64,000 nt of DNA from a virus (lineage: Duplodnaviria; Heunggongvirae; Uroviricota; Caudoviricetes): positions 131,863 through 195,862 of the IMG/VR virus record IMGVR_UViG_3300037484_000445. One strand, written 5' to 3'. A program made the position numbers and the translations under genes. The notes below the pieces were generated by a model. The model searched no databases, was not told where the DNA came from, and saw only the letters and a list, made by a program, of their open reading frames with translations. This document shows positions 1 to 10,693 of this stretch, one piece after another. The first letter of the stretch is position 1. Each line of letters begins with the position of its first letter.

Positions 1-1
1 G

Positions 2-1624
2 CAGACCATCCACCGTGTTGAGAGCGATGCTGGCATTAGGCGTGTGTCGGGGCCCATTCGCCGCGGGGGTACGTACTTGCCTCCGGACATCCTTCAAACC
101 GACAGTAAGACGCTCAAAAGTACGACTGATGGGTACTATGGCCGGGATATTCTCCAAGCGGCCGGACCCGGCATGGGTATTGGCAGTAGTGCTAAGTATG
201 CCGACACCGCAGGGGCACTACTCGATATATTCAATGATACCGCTGAGTTCCCCCCAATCACCTACTCGAGTGGACGACGGGTTTTCTATCCCGCTACTTC
301 ACCGGGTGTGAATATGGAGGATGCTACAAGCGGCGCCGACGCTTTCGTTGAAGATCGTTTTGAGATGAGTCACACATCGGACTTATCCCAAGAGGTCATT
401 GAGGAGATCGATGGGTTTACGATGGATCGCAGATCTCCCTACATCGAACGGGTCATTGGTACCCTCGTTGGGAATGACTTGAACTCTACGATGGGCCAGC
501 GTCAGTATGCTAGGATTCTCAAACCCAAGTTGTTCCCTGACTTTACCTCGGGAGCCTTAGGCAAGTTCACCCTAGCCGAGATCGATCGGCAACCAACGAC
601 CCCCGACGTCGAAGTTGCTACGACAGCAGGGGCTTTTTTGTTCCGAATTCGTCCTCCGAGAGCTGTTGGTGAGAACGACTTTGTGGCGGCGGTCAGCAAG
701 CAAGGAAAACTATTTCTCAACATACCCGCGTCGGTCAAAGAAGACTATCCTAGTGGATCAAAAGGTGTCTCGGCCGAAATGAACTTGGCCGGTGCCCTCA
801 AAATGTTCATCGGAGCTTCTCAACCAGATCGAATTTCCGCTCACATAACCCTTGAGGGTGGTGTGCATTTGGATATTGGTCGAGACGCCGCAGGTAATGC
901 TGTCACAACTCGCTATCATTCGGCGACAAAAACGATCTATGAAGGTAACCCTAACGAAGAAGACATCACCACGAGTGTAGAGGTTCGAGGCGTTAAGGCA
1001 TCCTTCATTACGGGCGCCGAGAACAAGACCATCGACGGGTCCAAGAGTACATTGGTCAGTGGTATGCTTCAAGAGCAGGCGGATCGCGTCAGTCTCAATG
1101 CTTTCCAGGGGGCGTCGTTCAACTTCGGTGAGTTCAACACTCTGGTGAGTGGTAAGAGTCAGTTCCAGTATGCTATGTCTGTGTTGGAGAATATAGCCAT
1201 AGGCGGCAAGACCTCCACAATCCTTGCTGGAGGTCTTACACAGACTGTTCTGGCGGGTGCTATAGCTTTCAGTGCCTTAGCAGGAGCAATCACCTTCAAC
1301 GCCCCGGCAGGAGCCTTCAACGTCACTGTGGGGACTGGGGCCATCTCTTTGACCACGGGTGCTGGAGCAGTCTCTTTGAGCACAGGTGCTGGAGCAGTAT
1401 CGATCGCGGCCGGTGCTGGAGCTATCTCGCTGACGGCTGGACTGGCTTTGAACATGATCGCTTCGACGACCATCTCTATGACAGCCCCGATGATTCTTTT
1501 GGGGGGCCCGGCGGCCATCCTAGGTGTTGTTCGAGGGCTCAGGTCATTACCTCCCGGCACCCCCTCGTTGGACTACATAACAGGGCTTCCGCTCATGGGT
1601 AGCGCTTTGGTGGGGTCGATTTAA
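2..1624 (+). CDS. Baseplate central spike protein (gp5/VgrG-like), 5'-truncated by the window edge
   Basis: Frame is open from position 2 (QTIHRVESDAG...). The C-terminus has tandem 9-aa beta-strand repeats (GAISLTTGA/GAVSLSTGA/GAVSIAAGA) typical of a trimeric beta-helix needle, and the gene heads a baseplate cluster. Confidence 0.7.
   Translation, partial: QTIHRVESDAGIRRVSGPIRRGGTYLPPDILQTDSKTLKSTTDGYYGRDILQAAGPGMGIGSSAKYADTAGALLDIFNDTAEFPPITYSSGRRVFYPATSPGVNMEDATSGADAFVEDRFEMSHTSDLSQEVIEEIDGFTMDRRSPYIERVIGTLVGNDLNSTMGQRQYARILKPKLFPDFTSGALGKFTLAEIDRQPTTPDVEVATTAGAFLFRIRPPRAVGENDFVAAVSKQGKLFLNIPASVKEDYPSGSKGVSAEMNLAGALKMFIGASQPDRISAHITLEGGVHLDIGRDAAGNAVTTRYHSATKTIYEGNPNEEDITTSVEVRGVKASFITGAENKTIDGSKSTLVSGMLQEQADRVSLNAFQGASFNFGEFNTLVSGKSQFQYAMSVLENIAIGGKTSTILAGGLTQTVLAGAIAFSALAGAITFNAPAGAFNVTVGTGAISLTTGAGAVSLSTGAGAVSIAAGAGAISLTAGLALNMIASTTISMTAPMILLGGPAAILGVVRGLRSLPPGTPSLDYITGLPLMGSALVGSI
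1253..1441 (+). repeat. 27-nt (9-aa) tandem coding repeat of the spike beta-helix
   Basis: Recurring ggtgctggagc.gt.tc units encoding A-G-A-[IV]-S-[LI]-x-x-G. Confidence 0.8.
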
Positions 1625-2196
1625 TGCCAGTCACCGTTCCAGGCATCATGGGAGCTGTGCTTCCTAATCTGGTATCGGTGGCCATGATTGGGACAGGCAC
1701 ACCTAAGTACTCCAAGGGGGTAGCCTTAGGTGTTAGCTATTGGATCCCCAAGGTCAAGGTCAATACCGTTGATGTCGGCACAGCCGGTGCGGGTAAGAAC
1801 GTGCCACTACCCCTTGTTGTTCCGCCCCAGCTTCTGTACACCAACATCCTGGTTGGTATGACGGCGAACGGTTTAGCCGGCATTCTCATGCCTGTGTTTG
1901 CTTTAGGCCTGGCGAACGGTTTGGCTATGGCCTTTGCTCAAATGCTTGTTAGCACCAATCACCCCACTGTTGGTGTGGGAGCCGGTGTAGCAAAGTTCTC
2001 AGGGCCTCCCGCGTATTCTTCGATCCTTCAGGGGTTCAAAGATGCCGGCATGGATGGAGACAAACTACCCAAAAAAGCCAAGGCTTTGGGTATGGCCCTA
2101 GATGTTACTTTTGCGAGTCTATTGTTGCCTGTAGCTATTGTAGGGCCACCTTCAATTTCTCCTGGAGGTGGTTCAGGTTTTGGAAGCATAATTTAG
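1624..2196 (+). CDS. Gly/Ala/Pro-rich hydrophobic virion protein, possibly spike-associated
   Basis: TAATG stop/start coupling to the spike gene; internal helix-strand-GxG pseudo-repeats. Confidence 0.55.
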   Translation: MPVTVPGIMGAVLPNLVSVAMIGTGTPKYSKGVALGVSYWIPKVKVNTVDVGTAGAGKNVPLPLVVPPQLLYTNILVGMTANGLAGILMPVFALGLANGLAMAFAQMLVSTNHPTVGVGAGVAKFSGPPAYSSILQGFKDAGMDGDKLPKKAKALGMALDVTFASLLLPVAIVGPPSISPGGGSGFGSII

Positions 2197-2207
2197 ATGA
2201 GGATGAA

Positions 2208-2438
2208 ATGTCAGACCCTAACATCATTGGACATGTCGTAGAGTTTTGCTCGGATCGAGACATCATCACTACGAAGGACGGATCTGGAAAGGTCTTTGCG
2301 ACAGTTCCGGGACCTGTTAAGTGTCGCTTGCGTTTGAATTTAAGAAACACTCTTGGTCAAACCAAGTCGATCTGGGTTGAGGCTTCTTCGGACTTGGAGG
2401 GGTTCTTTAGTCCTGAGGGAGATACAACGTGCCGCTAA
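2208..2438 (+). CDS. Small hypothetical protein
   Basis: GAGGA Shine-Dalgarno before ATG; fills the gap between structural genes. Confidence 0.6.
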   Translation: MSDPNIIGHVVEFCSDRDIITTKDGSGKVFATVPGPVKCRLRLNLRNTLGQTKSIWVEASSDLEGFFSPEGDTTCR

Positions 2439-5400
2439 GCATCACAGGGTATGTCCTCGACCCGCCAAGGGTTGGTGGATCAAACTCACCTTACACGATG
2501 ACTCCAAACGTCTACGTGTACAACCAGAGTGCGTTTGATACGGCATACCCTTCTGATGAGAGTGCTCCGAGAACGGAATACTACGTGTTTGTTCTCGTAG
2601 ATCCAATCTCAGCTACTTCAGGTACTGGTCCTGGTGGTAACGGGTCACTCATTGACGCACGTTTCGCCTGGACTAAAAACGAAGTCATCCAACGTTTTGA
2701 TTACGAAGGTTCCGAGGGGCGCTTCAAGGCGCTCCCCGGAGCGGCTTTGATTGTTGTGGGTACCCTAGCCAGTAATGCAAATAGCACTCGCTTGAAAGTA
2801 TTGGCTCCCGTATCGACGAATATTGCCAACTACCCTATTCGGATCTCTCTTGGTAGCGGGAGTGGTCAGACTTTCACTGTCGTTCTCGTGTTGGACGACG
2901 CCGCCTTTACGAATCCACCTTCGGGTTCGGTCCAGTTGTCCCTTGCGACAGGCAACCTCAATTGGAACACGGCCGATCTGGTTACGTACCTTGGCCAATC
3001 TGTTAGGTTTCAAAGGCAGTCCTTCTATGCCTACAAGGATTCGAGTGGTGACCTTGGCCTGATTAACAACGCATTGCTTCTCAACCCATTGCCAGGCACA
3101 GGGCAATTCCCCTTGATTCGTATCGGCTTCGGGGAATACCTAAGGCCTGTTGAGAGAGCTACGGAAGCAGGATTCTCGGTCAATCCCACTTTGGGTACGG
3201 TTGAATGGGCTCGCAACACAGGGCGCCTGAAGTTCAATACCACTGACACAACCAACAACTTCGGCCGAAACATCTACTACGATGGTGTGACGTTCGATTG
3301 GGGCTTCTCTGTCTATTCCGCTGATGTAGGTATACTTACTCTTCCTACGGTTGTTTCCCCTATACCCCCAGAAGCTAGTGACGTTTTCTTTATGGTTTCT
3401 GGAACCGCCCAGTTTGCTCAAACAGAGTTTGTTGACACTCTTTCGAGCCCTGGAAAGAAAGGCGTTGTACAAATCAGGCGATCTGACGGCCAAGTACGAT
3501 TCTCAGCAGCAGATCAAGCACGCTATGGATCTGTTCCAGTCCAAGTTGTTGTCGCCGATCTCACCATTGAACGGGGAATGAAGTTACGCTTGTTTCGAAC
3601 CCCAGTGAATCTCGACGATGCTGATGGGACCCTTCAGGATGTTTCGGCTTTTTATGAAAGCACTGAGGCTATTTGGGCCAGCCCCATCATTGCTTCACCG
3701 ACGGTAGACTTACCCGCTGTTCCGGTCGATACTCGGTCACTCCAGATTCAAGTCCTTCAGGGGACGGGGACTTTTACGTCGAGCAATTTCCCACGCTTGG
3801 ATGTGGCCCTACCCCCAACGGGTTTAGGGTACATCCTGGATTATGAGGCCAAGCAATTCTTATTCGCTCAGCGAAAGGCCAATGTCCTCATCCCGGCAGC
3901 GACGCCTTACGGTGGAGTTCAGTTACCCGATCCACTGGTCTTCAACTCCAACTTGGTTCTCGAGGTTGAGAACGCTCCTGGTGGCGGCACTTTTTCGACG
4001 CTTGTGGTCGGGGAATCGGCTTTAGTCGACTTTCCGTCCGGCCTGGTGACAATGGTCACCACGGATGGCCTTCTGGTGACTTCAGGCGTGGGTGCGAGTT
4101 TTCTGGGAACGACTTTCACCGACGCCGCCAACAACTTCACCGCAGCAGGGGTAGTTCAAGGAAACCGCCTAGTGGTGCTGGCCGGCCTTTCTAAGGGGGT
4201 TTACTCCGTATCGACGGTAGGTACGTCGAGTCTGACCACAGACGTTCCTGGAGTAACCTCAACGAGCCTGGAGTACAGCATCCACGAGGGGGTGGAGATC
4301 CTAGCAGACCGGTACTTCTACGAAGTTCCTCAGGTTGATCCCAACACGAGCGTTGAGCGTATCCGGTCCCTCGGCACCATCACGAACAGTCCTCGTCTGA
4401 GTGTGGACTTGATCAAGATCACAACTACTCGGTTTCGCTTTGGTAAGACAACCTTCTCGACTTCCGTTGTTCTTGTGAACGATGACACAAACTTTACGGT
4501 TCCAACTCTACTATCTCCGGGGGTCGTGGAGATCTCTCTGGCTACAGGACACCTGAACTTCAGCCAGGATGACGTGACTGCGGGGGGTTTGGTCTACTCG
4601 GTATGGCTCTTAACCTTGGGTTCGGATTATTCTTTGCAACCGCCCTTGGGCTTCGTGCAATTGGCTGAGAGGATGCTTGCCTCGGAAGAGGCTTTGGTTT
4701 CCTACAAGAACTCTGATGGGGACATCGTTCAAGAGCGGGCGACTTTTCTGGTTCGAAAAGAAAAGCTCGTTCATTTGACGCCTACATCTACCATGAGCTT
4801 CAATCCAGAAGGTCGTGAGGCTGCAGCTATTCCAGCACCTAAGGCTTTTCGTGGTGGTCGTCCTCAAACCTCTTCGCAGGTTCAAGCAGACGTTAGTACT
4901 TTGACTATCACTTTCGTTGAAGTACCTACGGTTACCAATGCTTTGCCGTCGGGACCTATTGTGGATCCTTCGGAGAACGTCTACCTAGACTACTACCTTT
5001 ACGAGGCTATCGGAGGAGAACAGAATTTCACGGTATTGCAACCACCCATGCAGGGGATTGCAATCACGATCACTGCGGACACGAACAACTTCTACATTGC
5101 TGGAGATCGAACGAGCATTTTCACTCCCGATGCCTTGTTGCTCGTTGATGACGCTGAGCTTTACTCTGTGGGTTCATCGACCTATGACTCGTTGAATCAG
5201 TGGACCATTGTTGTTTTGGCCGGGCCTCAGCTATTCATGTCGGGTCTGAACAACCCGAAGCTTTCGATATCCTCAGGCCGTGTTCGAACCATAGGAAGTC
5301 CTCTTTTGCCGTCGTACTTTTTGACGGATATGACAGCCTATGATGTTGCGGCAAGGGGTTCTTCGGTACTTCATCTCCACGGGGATGTAGCTCGAACCTA

Positions 5401-8314
5401 CGTCACTGGCGTAGTTCTTCTATTTTCGGATGTGGGCTACACCGACTACTACCTCGTTTCCGGATCAACCTACAACAAGGATACTGGAAAGACGGACGTT
5501 ACCCTAACGACTGAGTCCTTTCGTCAGTATGACGGCGTACCTATTAAGCGGTCAGTCCGTCCAGTTCTTCCGACACCTTCAGCCTCGTTGGTGACTTCTC
5601 GAAGTCCGGAATTAGGCCAACCACTTACTCTGTATCGTCGAGTGGAGGGTGCCGTTGGTGTGTTATTGAGTTCTCCCGAAGACTACAAGATCGATGCTTC
5701 GGGGACTGTAACCCTTACGGAACCCCTAACACTAAATGAGGAGATCGGGGCCTTTTATACGGGGGACACTATCGTTGAGGCGGGTAGAAGATTCCGAGCC
5801 TCGTACACTTTTGGCATTGCCCCAACTGAGGGTAATGGCCTCCTGAACCAGATCTTGGTTTCCACCTACACGACGTACAGTCCTGATACGTTCTTTTGGC
5901 GCGTTGAGACCTTCACGAACTTCCGAGGTGAACTTGCTGAAGCCTACGCGGCGGCAGCCAAAGCCAGTGTCCCGACGGGTGGTCCCATTCTTTCGAACTC
6001 CTCACAGCCTAAGCTTTTCGAGCAAGGACGTGAATCCATCTACTACGAAGAAGGGTATCTCTCGAACGAGGACTTGGTAGCTAGACCCACTCTCAAGTAC
6101 TACAATGATGCCACGAACTACTTGGAGAATGCCCTCCAGTACATGGATGGACGTGTAGTTGGGGATCACGATGGACGATTTCTCTTTGATGGCAACATCA
6201 ACAATCCTTACAGGACGACGTTTGCTTCGGTAACGAATCAGATCGATGATGTTTTCAAGGTCAGTCCTGCCCCCTACGCCGTATCAGGACCTCCTTTCGT
6301 CACGGTCTCAATTGGGACCTATCGTGAGGTTTACAAGGCCGCGGCCACGAGTCGCTTCTACCCAACACGTAGAAACCGCTACGGTGCCACAGCTAATCCG
6401 GCAGGGCTTGCAGTGGGAGATCCTCTGCTCGATACAGGCACCACAAACTTGACTTCGATCAAGAACATCCAAAGACGTTTTCCGTGGGCTATGGTCACGG
6501 CTAAGGCTTCGATCGGCGATCTGACCATTTACGTGGATGATGCTAACGGTTCTACGGACCTCTTGAGGCCCGCCTTTGGCACGGGCATGAGGGTGGCTAT
6601 CATTGCCCAAAATGGTACTGTTATAGTATCGGATGCTGCGAGCATAGTTCTTGGTGGCGTATCCGCTACGAGTCTAACTGTCCCAGCTCTTTCAGTGGAT
6701 ATTCCCCGCGGTGCCACTGTTCGTTTGGCGACCAACGATACTGTCTATCGTAAGACGTACCGTTTGGGTATTGACTTGGCTGTGGATCTTGAGAAGGGTT
6801 TGCTCACTTATTTGGATCCATCGGATCCGGCATGGGCCCTTTTGTCTCCTTCTGCTCCAGCGGCTGGGGAAGCCTTGGACATGATCGTCACGATGAACAA
6901 CTCGTTGACGGCTCCAGATCGCTTTCCGGCCTTGGATGGATCTACGACTGATGACGATGGGGACCGCGGGTTCCCTGTACTCACGCCAAGCTTGGCTTCA
7001 GAGGCAGCCAATGTAGGGTACATTCAGGAGGATCTTCGACTCATCAATGCTTCCACTGGTGTCATACCTACGGTAACGACACCATCCTTCGTGGGCACAG
7101 GAAACTTGAACGTCACTGGTACCGTCATTACGAATACGGGTGGTGCGTGGCCTTCTCCAGTGCCTCAGCTCTACGACCTAATAGACATTAGAACGGGGCC
7201 TAACTCCCCTTCAACCTATCGCATTGTCATTTCCGTCGGTGCCAGCACACTCACAGTCAACAGTGCCTTTCCTGTCCCTGGTGACACAGGTTTTACTTTC
7301 ACGGTCACTTCCTGCACGGACTTGGTTTCAGGTACGGCAACTATTACTCCTAGTACCAATCTGCATGATGCTTCGGCCTCTTTTGATACAGCTGGTGTGA
7401 TCCCCGGACATACTGTTGTCATAACCACGGGGATTATGGCAGGACTACGGCGGCAAGTGGTCGCTGTCATGTCTCCGACGGATCTAACGATTGAAGCTCT
7501 ACCAAATACGGGAGCTTTTGGCTATAGAGTCGTCAATTCTTTGGCTACTTTTGGCAAGGTGTTGGGGTCTATCCCAGTGGACTATTGGGTCCCTACACTC
7601 AATGGCTTGTACGGGGTACTGTCCTCGAATAGTAGCCCGTTGGCTGAGATCCCCTCTATTGACGCCTTTTTCAACACAGTATTTACGAACGTTGCTACTG
7701 GATCAAATGGCGTTAGCAACACTTCGACCTTCAGCGCGGCTGGTCAAACTTTCTTGACCAGCCATGTCACTACTGCACAAATCTTGTTTGTTCGTTCGGG
7801 ACTCGTTGCTGGTGTGTACAAGATTCAGTCAGTTGACACTGAGACGTCCATCACAATTGAGGGCACTTTTCCTGCCAATACCACGGGGATTACTTTCCGA
7901 ATCGTTAGTGTTATTGGGTTGACGGCTGAAGGTTTAGATGGAGTACTCACGGCTCTATTGGAAGCTGAGGCATTTGCATCACCGTTACCAACTCTCATCT
8001 CTAAGGTCACGACAGCCATAGCAGTTTCGGGCGACGCTGGTGCTTACGCTACTAGACTTTTGGGATCCGACCTAACAACACACGAAAGCCAATTGAATGC
8101 AAGGCTTCCTCAAGTAAGCTCTGCCATTACGAATTTGACGGGAGAACTGTCTTCTGGTGACAGACTTTACGATAAGAGGTACACATGGATCGACAGTCGA
8201 ATCAACCTGATGAACGGGATTCTACCAATGCGAGAACTGGCTGTAGCCAACCGAATCAAGGCACAACAGGATGTGCTGAACCAGCTAACGAAACTCCTGT
8301 CGGTGAGAACGTAG
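2429..8314 (+). CDS. Giant (1961 aa) baseplate/tail structural protein
   Basis: Long beta-rich (T/V/S/G) ORF with repeated 'G.V.lSlatG.LNf' and 'F..AGV..G..l.v..G...G.Y.v..V' modules; located in the baseplate cluster. Confidence 0.7.
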   Translation: MPLSITGYVLDPPRVGGSNSPYTMTPNVYVYNQSAFDTAYPSDESAPRTEYYVFVLVDPISATSGTGPGGNGSLIDARFAWTKNEVIQRFDYEGSEGRFKALPGAALIVVGTLASNANSTRLKVLAPVSTNIANYPIRISLGSGSGQTFTVVLVLDDAAFTNPPSGSVQLSLATGNLNWNTADLVTYLGQSVRFQRQSFYAYKDSSGDLGLINNALLLNPLPGTGQFPLIRIGFGEYLRPVERATEAGFSVNPTLGTVEWARNTGRLKFNTTDTTNNFGRNIYYDGVTFDWGFSVYSADVGILTLPTVVSPIPPEASDVFFMVSGTAQFAQTEFVDTLSSPGKKGVVQIRRSDGQVRFSAADQARYGSVPVQVVVADLTIERGMKLRLFRTPVNLDDADGTLQDVSAFYESTEAIWASPIIASPTVDLPAVPVDTRSLQIQVLQGTGTFTSSNFPRLDVALPPTGLGYILDYEAKQFLFAQRKANVLIPAATPYGGVQLPDPLVFNSNLVLEVENAPGGGTFSTLVVGESALVDFPSGLVTMVTTDGLLVTSGVGASFLGTTFTDAANNFTAAGVVQGNRLVVLAGLSKGVYSVSTVGTSSLTTDVPGVTSTSLEYSIHEGVEILADRYFYEVPQVDPNTSVERIRSLGTITNSPRLSVDLIKITTTRFRFGKTTFSTSVVLVNDDTNFTVPTLLSPGVVEISLATGHLNFSQDDVTAGGLVYSVWLLTLGSDYSLQPPLGFVQLAERMLASEEALVSYKNSDGDIVQERATFLVRKEKLVHLTPTSTMSFNPEGREAAAIPAPKAFRGGRPQTSSQVQADVSTLTITFVEVPTVTNALPSGPIVDPSENVYLDYYLYEAIGGEQNFTVLQPPMQGIAITITADTNNFYIAGDRTSIFTPDALLLVDDAELYSVGSSTYDSLNQWTIVVLAGPQLFMSGLNNPKLSISSGRVRTIGSPLLPSYFLTDMTAYDVAARGSSVLHLHGDVARTYVTGVVLLFSDVGYTDYYLVSGSTYNKDTGKTDVTLTTESFRQYDGVPIKRSVRPVLPTPSASLVTSRSPELGQPLTLYRRVEGAVGVLLSSPEDYKIDASGTVTLTEPLTLNEEIGAFYTGDTIVEAGRRFRASYTFGIAPTEGNGLLNQILVSTYTTYSPDTFFWRVETFTNFRGELAEAYAAAAKASVPTGGPILSNSSQPKLFEQGRESIYYEEGYLSNEDLVARPTLKYYNDATNYLENALQYMDGRVVGDHDGRFLFDGNINNPYRTTFASVTNQIDDVFKVSPAPYAVSGPPFVTVSIGTYREVYKAAATSRFYPTRRNRYGATANPAGLAVGDPLLDTGTTNLTSIKNIQRRFPWAMVTAKASIGDLTIYVDDANGSTDLLRPAFGTGMRVAIIAQNGTVIVSDAASIVLGGVSATSLTVPALSVDIPRGATVRLATNDTVYRKTYRLGIDLAVDLEKGLLTYLDPSDPAWALLSPSAPAAGEALDMIVTMNNSLTAPDRFPALDGSTTDDDGDRGFPVLTPSLASEAANVGYIQEDLRLINASTGVIPTVTTPSFVGTGNLNVTGTVITNTGGAWPSPVPQLYDLIDIRTGPNSPSTYRIVISVGASTLTVNSAFPVPGDTGFTFTVTSCTDLVSGTATITPSTNLHDASASFDTAGVIPGHTVVITTGIMAGLRRQVVAVMSPTDLTIEALPNTGAFGYRVVNSLATFGKVLGSIPVDYWVPTLNGLYGVLSSNSSPLAEIPSIDAFFNTVFTNVATGSNGVSNTSTFSAAGQTFLTSHVTTAQILFVRSGLVAGVYKIQSVDTETSITIEGTFPANTTGITFRIVSVIGLTAEGLDGVLTALLEAEAFASPLPTLISKVTTAIAVSGDAGAYATRLLGSDLTTHESQLNARLPQVSSAITNLTGELSSGDRLYDKRYTWIDSRINLMNGILPMRELAVANRIKAQQDVLNQLTKLLSVRT

Positions 8315-8454
8315 GCGCTCAGTGGCAATACCGTAAGCGCTTTGCCATCCAAGACCGTTTGGTGGACGTCATCAAATCAACTCTTGATGCTGCCAGGTCC
8401 GAACTAGAAGTCACTCGTAAGAAGCTTGAAAAAGCGAAGTACCGAAGAGGTTAA
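8185..8454 (+). CDS. Small coiled-coil protein overlapping the end of the 1961-aa gene (start uncertain)
   Basis: Protein-like C-terminal half (QWQYRKRFAIQDRLVDVIKSTLDAARSELEVTRKKLEK) fills the 140-nt gap and stops 2 nt before the next gene. Confidence 0.45.
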   Translation: MDRQSNQPDERDSTNARTGCSQPNQGTTGCAEPANETPVGENVGAQWQYRKRFAIQDRLVDVIKSTLDAARSELEVTRKKLEKAKYRRG

Positions 8455-8456
8455 CC

Positions 8457-10643
8457 GTGGCCAATTGGCAGCCTTTCATCGTCCAAGTCCCTGGAAAAGA
8501 CATCCTCGAACCCGTGAGGAATGTCCTCGAGACGTTGGTTATATTCCTGGACGTGTTGAAGGCTATCCTGGATACGGTCAAGATTTTCTTGGTCGACTTC
8601 GGCAACCCTATTAAGGCTCTAGTAGAAGCGCTCATAAAGCTCATTGAGGAGCTGTTTCTCTCGCTCAAGGCTTCGGGGGTCTACGCCTACTTTGATGTTC
8701 CAGATCCCTCGGCGGACCCTAACTTCAATCGTTACTCTGGTGGATTTCAGGCTTTCACAGAGAGGTTTAAGGGAAGTCTGTTCGATGCACAAGACTTCAA
8801 CCGCCCTCAACCTCGTACTGGATCTACCCAAAGTGGCTTCGTGATTTTGGTCGTAGACGCCTCGTCCCCCTACGCTCTCCTCAATCGTATCAAGCAACTA
8901 CTTCGGTTCTTTGGGCGTGAATTTGTATCCCCTCGGTATGAGCCTCCGGTGAACTTCAAAGCCCTCCCAGTAGGTGCTAAGGGCGATCCGATCTTTGCTG
9001 TTACCAAGGTTTTCACTGACGGACCCATTGAGGCAATACAACTTCAATGGTCTTTGCCTTCCAGTATGGAAACACCTGACCCTGGTTTTTCCGACGTTGT
9101 GACTAGGATGGCCAAGGAGTTCATTCCCCCGAACTTCTTGATTGAACGCTCGACTATCAACCCAGCTTCACAGAAGATCGACATATCCAAGCTAAGTGAT
9201 GGGGCCTCTGCGGGTATTGTTCAAGTCACACAGGAGTCGCCTCTTAGTGTGGGCACCTCTCGTAAGCCAGCGATGCGAACGACCTTGTTGCGGGACGAAT
9301 ATGGCGACTCAGTAGTCAAGTTCCAGAAATACACCATCCTTGACCAGGTCTCGATCACGTCTTTGATGGGGCAATTGGGTAAATTTCGCTACATTGATAC
9401 GGACATAACCCCAAACACTACCTACTACTACAGAGTACGAGCCTTTAGCGGTGACCTCAAAATGTCTGGGGATCAGGTTGTCTTCCCCAGTCAAGACCAA
9501 TTGACATTTAGCATCGAGTCTGGATACAAACTTCTAAAGTGGCCGGCAACGGCTGCCAATGAATCTGTCGTCATGGGTAAAGCCTCAGGCATCATGGCTG
9601 CTACGGTGCCACTGCCGATGGATCCCGCGGTCTTTGATGTGGTGGAGAACCTCCTGAAGCTATTTGAGGTAGCTTTCTCTTTGGACTTCCATCTCGAATT
9701 GGACTATCAAGCTACGTTCGATTCTTTGGGAATGCCCGCGGGCGGGACGTCACCCATTCAAGTGGGCCGTGGATCTCTCATGAATTTGGCCAGTGCTTTG
9801 GCCATGTTCGAGTCGTATCTCACAGTGGGTAACTTATCCCGAGCCAAGACCATAAATGAGGCTTTTCAGCCAGATCCTATCACGGACTTGTACCCTGAAC
9901 TGCCTTGGGAGAATACGAGCGTTCAAAAGCAATCTGCTCGTTTGGCTAACGCCGTAGCTTCGGCGTTGCTGCAGTCTGGAGCGGACGCTCTAAATGGCTT
10001 TCGGAACATCATGCAAGGGTCTCTTCCAGCAGGTGCCATTTCTACGGGTGGCACTTTGGCAGGAGCTTCTACGCTGGAGACCGTGGTCAAGAGTTTCACG
10101 ACGGTTAGCGACACTCCCTCAACTAGCCTAAAAGCTGCTGAGACTTTCGTTAACGGCTACTACGACTCAACCCTTAGATTGAACATCTTAGCCGCTGTTC
10201 AATACGTCAAGACGTATTCTTTAGGCGGAGCTCCTGTTGATTGGGTCTCCGTTGTGCCCCTTAGAGACATCGTGCCCTGGAGTGGTCAGATGATCTACGA
10301 CTTGTTGGCAAAAATCAACGGGTTGTTGGATGCCTTTGGCGGTACGATGACAGAAATTAGCGCTTTCATCGATCTCTTGGAGCGCAAAATTGACACGTTG
10401 GAGCGGTTCATCGAGTTCTTGATCAACATTCTGAACTTCATCGAGAGTTTGGAGATGGGTGTCTATGTCTTGAGCGTCCCCGAACTCAATGGAACAGCTC
10501 AATCTTGGGTATCTGCGATCGACACGGCGGGTGGAACTAAGCCTCCAAGTGGCCCTGGCGGCTATTCGGCCGGTATTGCCTTAGGTTACGTTGCTCCGGA
10601 TATAGCAGCCTTCAAGACGGCGTTCTCCATCATATTCGGCTAG
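8457..10643 (+). CDS. Structural protein with central FN3-like segment and amphipathic helical termini
   Basis: IQLQWSLP ... YIDTDITPNTTYYYRVRAF FN3 signature; N- and C-terminal heptad-like helices. Confidence 0.6.
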   Translation: MANWQPFIVQVPGKDILEPVRNVLETLVIFLDVLKAILDTVKIFLVDFGNPIKALVEALIKLIEELFLSLKASGVYAYFDVPDPSADPNFNRYSGGFQAFTERFKGSLFDAQDFNRPQPRTGSTQSGFVILVVDASSPYALLNRIKQLLRFFGREFVSPRYEPPVNFKALPVGAKGDPIFAVTKVFTDGPIEAIQLQWSLPSSMETPDPGFSDVVTRMAKEFIPPNFLIERSTINPASQKIDISKLSDGASAGIVQVTQESPLSVGTSRKPAMRTTLLRDEYGDSVVKFQKYTILDQVSITSLMGQLGKFRYIDTDITPNTTYYYRVRAFSGDLKMSGDQVVFPSQDQLTFSIESGYKLLKWPATAANESVVMGKASGIMAATVPLPMDPAVFDVVENLLKLFEVAFSLDFHLELDYQATFDSLGMPAGGTSPIQVGRGSLMNLASALAMFESYLTVGNLSRAKTINEAFQPDPITDLYPELPWENTSVQKQSARLANAVASALLQSGADALNGFRNIMQGSLPAGAISTGGTLAGASTLETVVKSFTTVSDTPSTSLKAAETFVNGYYDSTLRLNILAAVQYVKTYSLGGAPVDWVSVVPLRDIVPWSGQMIYDLLAKINGLLDAFGGTMTEISAFIDLLERKIDTLERFIEFLINILNFIESLEMGVYVLSVPELNGTAQSWVSAIDTAGGTKPPSGPGGYSAGIALGYVAPDIAAFKTAFSIIFG

Positions 10644-10652
10644 GGCGTCACA

Positions 10653-10664
10653 TAGTCCTCTTTT
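10653..10664 (+). promoter_or_regulatory. Putative late promoter motif TAGTCCTCTTTT
   Basis: Resembles motifs at 28191, 40564 and 63871, each intergenic and upstream of a gene. Confidence 0.5.
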
Positions 10665-10693
10665 GGGGTCGCATCAATGAGATGTAGACCCAT

